Origin: an uncultured Bacteroidales bacterium
GTDB taxonomy: Bacteria; Bacteroidota; Bacteroidia; Bacteroidales; ML635J-15
Assembly: GCA_905233405.1 (NCBI GenBank)
Contig: CAJOEG010000001.1
Span: forward strand, 1 to 36,575
Length of the DNA stretch: 36,575 nt
Direction: 5' to 3'
Made by a program: the position numbers and the translations under genes. The notes under the pieces were generated by a model that had not been told where the DNA came from, made no database searches, and worked only from the letters and a program-made list of their open reading frames with translations. Shown here in pieces: positions 33,867 through 36,575 of this stretch (position 1 is the stretch's first letter; each line of letters begins with the position of its first letter).

Positions 33867-36575
33867 ATGAAACGACTATTATTATTAGTGGTCATCTGTG
33901 CAATGTGCAGTTTTGCATTTTCGCAGAACGGGCGTATCCCGTTAAACCCATCGGCAACAAAGAGTGGCTCGCTTCAATCCAACAGCATGTCAGGATTTAG
34001 CACCACCTTTTCTTTCAACTCCATCGAGAGCCAATCCATTTCGAACGAAAAGGGTAATTTCTCAGAAATCTCCATCGACGGTTCGTTTCCATACGGTGAG
34101 GTCGGATCTCCGTCGCTTCCTATGGTTACAAGGTTGATTGCAATTCCAGAAGGTGCAACGCCAACTGTCACGGTAAACGGATATTCCGAATCGGAATACG
34201 CGTTGGCCGACTATGACATTCAGACACTTTCGGCACAGCAGGCTCCTATCCGCAAGGACATCGACCCGACAACAGTAGAATATGTTGTAAACAATGCCGC
34301 ATACGCACGCGATACCTACACTACCGATGAAATTGCTTCTGTAGAATATCTCGGCACAATGCGTGGCATCCGCATCGGCAAACTGACTATTCGTCCAGTT
34401 GCTTATAATGCAGCAGCAAATACCATCAAGGTTTGCAACGACATCAATGTTTCGGTTAGTTTTGAGAATGCCAATGCTGCACTCACGCAGAGCATGTTTG
34501 CAAGCACTTACAGTCCTGCATTCAACAGCATTTACGACCAATTGCTCAACAAGAACATTTTCGGACAAAGGGCAACCAGGGACGCATACAGCGACCATCC
34601 CGACTTGTACAACACTCCTGTTAGGATGTTGGTTATTTGCTATTCGGGATTCAGAGGCAATGCTGCTCTTAACCAGTGGCTTCAGTGGAAACTGCAGAAG
34701 GGCTACTATGTTGACATTTTCTACACCGATGAAACAGGAACTACAGCATCTGCAATTGCTTCGTTCATCAAGACCAAGTACAATGCATCTGTATCAGCAG
34801 GTAATGCTTACACTTATTTGATAGTGATTGGCGACACAGGACAGGTTCCGCAATATATGAACAAAAACATAGATTCCGACATAGGCAATTGTGCTTCTGA
34901 CCTTGGCTACTCTTCTGTCAACTTCTCGTCAAGCACAAGCAACTACTTCCCGGATATGTTTTACAGCCGTATTTCGGTAGAAAATGAAACACATCTCACC
35001 AACTATATTAGTAAGGTGTTGACCTACGAGAAATACGAGTTCACCGATGGTGGTAACTATCTTAACAATGTGATTCTTGTCGGTGGCTGGGATTCCAACT
35101 GGACACCAAAGGTCGCTAAACCCACTATCAACTATGGCAAAAACAACTACTTCAATTCGAGTAACACCACCTACGGAGGCTTTGAAAACGGTACAATCAA
35201 CGCAACTATTTCAACAAGTTCAACGCAAGGATATGCAGGTACCAACAATGGTTGCTACAATGGTATCAACAATGGTGCTTGTTTCCTCAACTACACAGCT
35301 CATGGTGACAAGCAGGAATGGTATCAGCCACAATTAACCGCAGCACATGCCGCAACTTTATCCAATAACGGCAAGTATTTCTTTGGCGTTGGAAACTGCT
35401 GCCTTACTGGTAATTTCAACAATACAACGACAACTTATTCTCCAGGTTCTGCAATTGGAACAAATGCTTGCTTTGCCGAAACTATGATTCGTGTACCGAA
35501 TGCTGGTGCTGTAGCATACGTTGGTTGCTCACCATATTCATACTGGTACGAAGATTTCTACTGGGCTGTAGGCGCACATTCTTACTCACAAGGAAACGCT
35601 CCTTCGACTTCAGCATCCACAATGGGTGTTTACGATGCTATGTTTGTTGATGAATACTGGAACTCGGCATCATCGCTGTTGTATCTCGGAAATCTCGCAG
35701 TACAGCAGGCTGTTACCAACAACAACACCAATTCTAGTGTCACCTCTGGTAACTGCAACAACTCGGCACATTATTACTTTCAGTTCTACCACACCTTTGG
35801 TGATGGTTCCGTAATGCCATATGTTACAAAGCCTGAAGTCAACAACGTTACCATTCCTTCTTCGGTAATGGCAGGTGCAACTTCAATGACAGTAAACGCA
35901 GTGGCTGGTTCGTATGTGGCAGTTACCGACAACGAATCGACAATTTACGGTGTGGCTGTGGCAAATGCTTCAGGTGTCGCAAATGTAAGCCTCAGCAATA
36001 TTCCCTCGGCAGGAACGCTTTATGTAGTTGTTACCCGTCAGCAATACCAACCGTATTTTGGAACTGTTTCGGTAATAACTCCTAATCCTCCAGTTGCCGA
36101 TTTTACCGGTACTCCTACAACAATCCTTGAAAGAGAATCTGTAACTTTCACAAACAATTCACAGTATGCCGCTACTTGCCTGTGGAATTTTGGCGACGGA
36201 GAAACTTCAACCGAAATGAATCCTGTTCATACATATATGACACCAGGAACATACACGGTAACCTTGCGAGTTGAAAATAATCTTGGCAACAACACCAAGA
36301 CAAGAACCAACTATATTACTGTAAATCCAAATACCAATCCGCCTATTGCCGACTTTGTTGCATCGGTAACAGAAATAAACATGGGTGGCTCGGTAACTTT
36401 CACTGATCTTACCGCAAATATCCCAACCTCATGGTCGTGGACTTTCGATGGTGGTACTCCTGCAACGTCAACGGAACAGAACCCAACGGTAACTTACAGC
36501 GAATCTGGTCTATACACTGTAACGCTTGTTGCAACGGGTACAGATGTAAAGCCTATTGAATGCCTTATATTCATG
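33867..36575 (+). CDS. Peptidase C25 (gingipain-like cysteine protease) with a propeptide, a catalytic domain and at least 2 PKD domains. It is 3'-truncated by the window edge.
   Basis: The frame is open from the ATG at 33867 to 36575 (903 codons). It is not in the ORF track because there is no stop in the window. The signal peptide is MKRLLLLVVICAMCSFAFSQ. The catalytic His context is FLNYTAHGD and the Cys context is FGVGNCCLTGNF. The PKD motifs are WNFGDGETSTEMNPVHTYMTPGTYTVTL and WTFDGGTPATSTEQNPTVTYSESGLYTVTL. Confidence 0.9.
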   Translation, partial: MKRLLLLVVICAMCSFAFSQNGRIPLNPSATKSGSLQSNSMSGFSTTFSFNSIESQSISNEKGNFSEISIDGSFPYGEVGSPSLPMVTRLIAIPEGATPTVTVNGYSESEYALADYDIQTLSAQQAPIRKDIDPTTVEYVVNNAAYARDTYTTDEIASVEYLGTMRGIRIGKLTIRPVAYNAAANTIKVCNDINVSVSFENANAALTQSMFASTYSPAFNSIYDQLLNKNIFGQRATRDAYSDHPDLYNTPVRMLVICYSGFRGNAALNQWLQWKLQKGYYVDIFYTDETGTTASAIASFIKTKYNASVSAGNAYTYLIVIGDTGQVPQYMNKNIDSDIGNCASDLGYSSVNFSSSTSNYFPDMFYSRISVENETHLTNYISKVLTYEKYEFTDGGNYLNNVILVGGWDSNWTPKVAKPTINYGKNNYFNSSNTTYGGFENGTINATISTSSTQGYAGTNNGCYNGINNGACFLNYTAHGDKQEWYQPQLTAAHAATLSNNGKYFFGVGNCCLTGNFNNTTTTYSPGSAIGTNACFAETMIRVPNAGAVAYVGCSPYSYWYEDFYWAVGAHSYSQGNAPSTSASTMGVYDAMFVDEYWNSASSLLYLGNLAVQQAVTNNNTNSSVTSGNCNNSAHYYFQFYHTFGDGSVMPYVTKPEVNNVTIPSSVMAGATSMTVNAVAGSYVAVTDNESTIYGVAVANASGVANVSLSNIPSAGTLYVVVTRQQYQPYFGTVSVITPNPPVADFTGTPTTILERESVTFTNNSQYAATCLWNFGDGETSTEMNPVHTYMTPGTYTVTLRVENNLGNNTKTRTNYITVNPNTNPPIADFVASVTEINMGGSVTFTDLTANIPTSWSWTFDGGTPATSTEQNPTVTYSESGLYTVTLVATGTDVKPIECLIFM

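Noticed and set aside
33809-34000. A 63-aa plus-strand ORF overlapping the start of the C25 peptidase gene, together with ORF 4553-4774 and ORF 7255-7452.
   Set aside because: They are in different frames from the well-supported overlapping genes, or they translate the periodic array (MFKVQCLRI...). They have no independent support.

Overview
Chromosomal segment that looks Bacteroidota/Bacteroidales. The evidence is a T9SS C-terminal sorting domain, TAnnTTTG -7 boxes 19-25 nt upstream of several start codons, almost no Shine-Dalgarno sequences, Bacteroidales-style ParE/ParC, and a gingipain-like C25 peptidase. All calls were made by eye from the sequence and ORF track. No database search was run, and identity levels are visual estimates.

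Layout:
- 1-7132 (-): a giant FN3-repeat surface-protein gene that is split into three ORFs by two frame disruptions.
- 7136-9600: a toxin-antitoxin islet. It holds an orphan XRE/HigA-like gene, a YoeB/Txe toxin with its antitoxin, and a PIN toxin with a split antitoxin. Each cassette is bracketed by unusual 7/14-nt periodic arrays.
- 9687-14313 (-): parC and parE.
- 14581-17207 (+): a partner-switching module (RsbW-like kinase, Cache-HAMP-PP2C phosphatase, STAS protein) with no sigma factor nearby.
- 17552-23692 (+): an intact 2046-aa T9SS surface protein, an inverted paralog of the broken gene.
- 23850-26365 (+): a two-gene operon encoding a small alarmone synthetase and an alarmone-hydrolase-type HD domain fused to an APH-like kinase. 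This is my best candidate for an undescribed system.
- 26331-30355 (-): an operon of two tandem GH3 acyl-adenylate paralogs and a HAD hydrolase.
- 30456-31676 (-): an esterase with a C-terminal LysM domain.
- 31831-33378 (-): a secreted His/aromatic/poly-Ser low-complexity protein.
- 33867-36575 (+): a 3'-truncated C25 peptidase with PKD domains.

A perfect 92-bp direct repeat (8862-8953 and 17390-17481) appears to split the PIN antitoxin gene. Its second copy lies upstream of the intact adhesin gene. I saw no rRNA, tRNA, CRISPR array, transposase or integrase.
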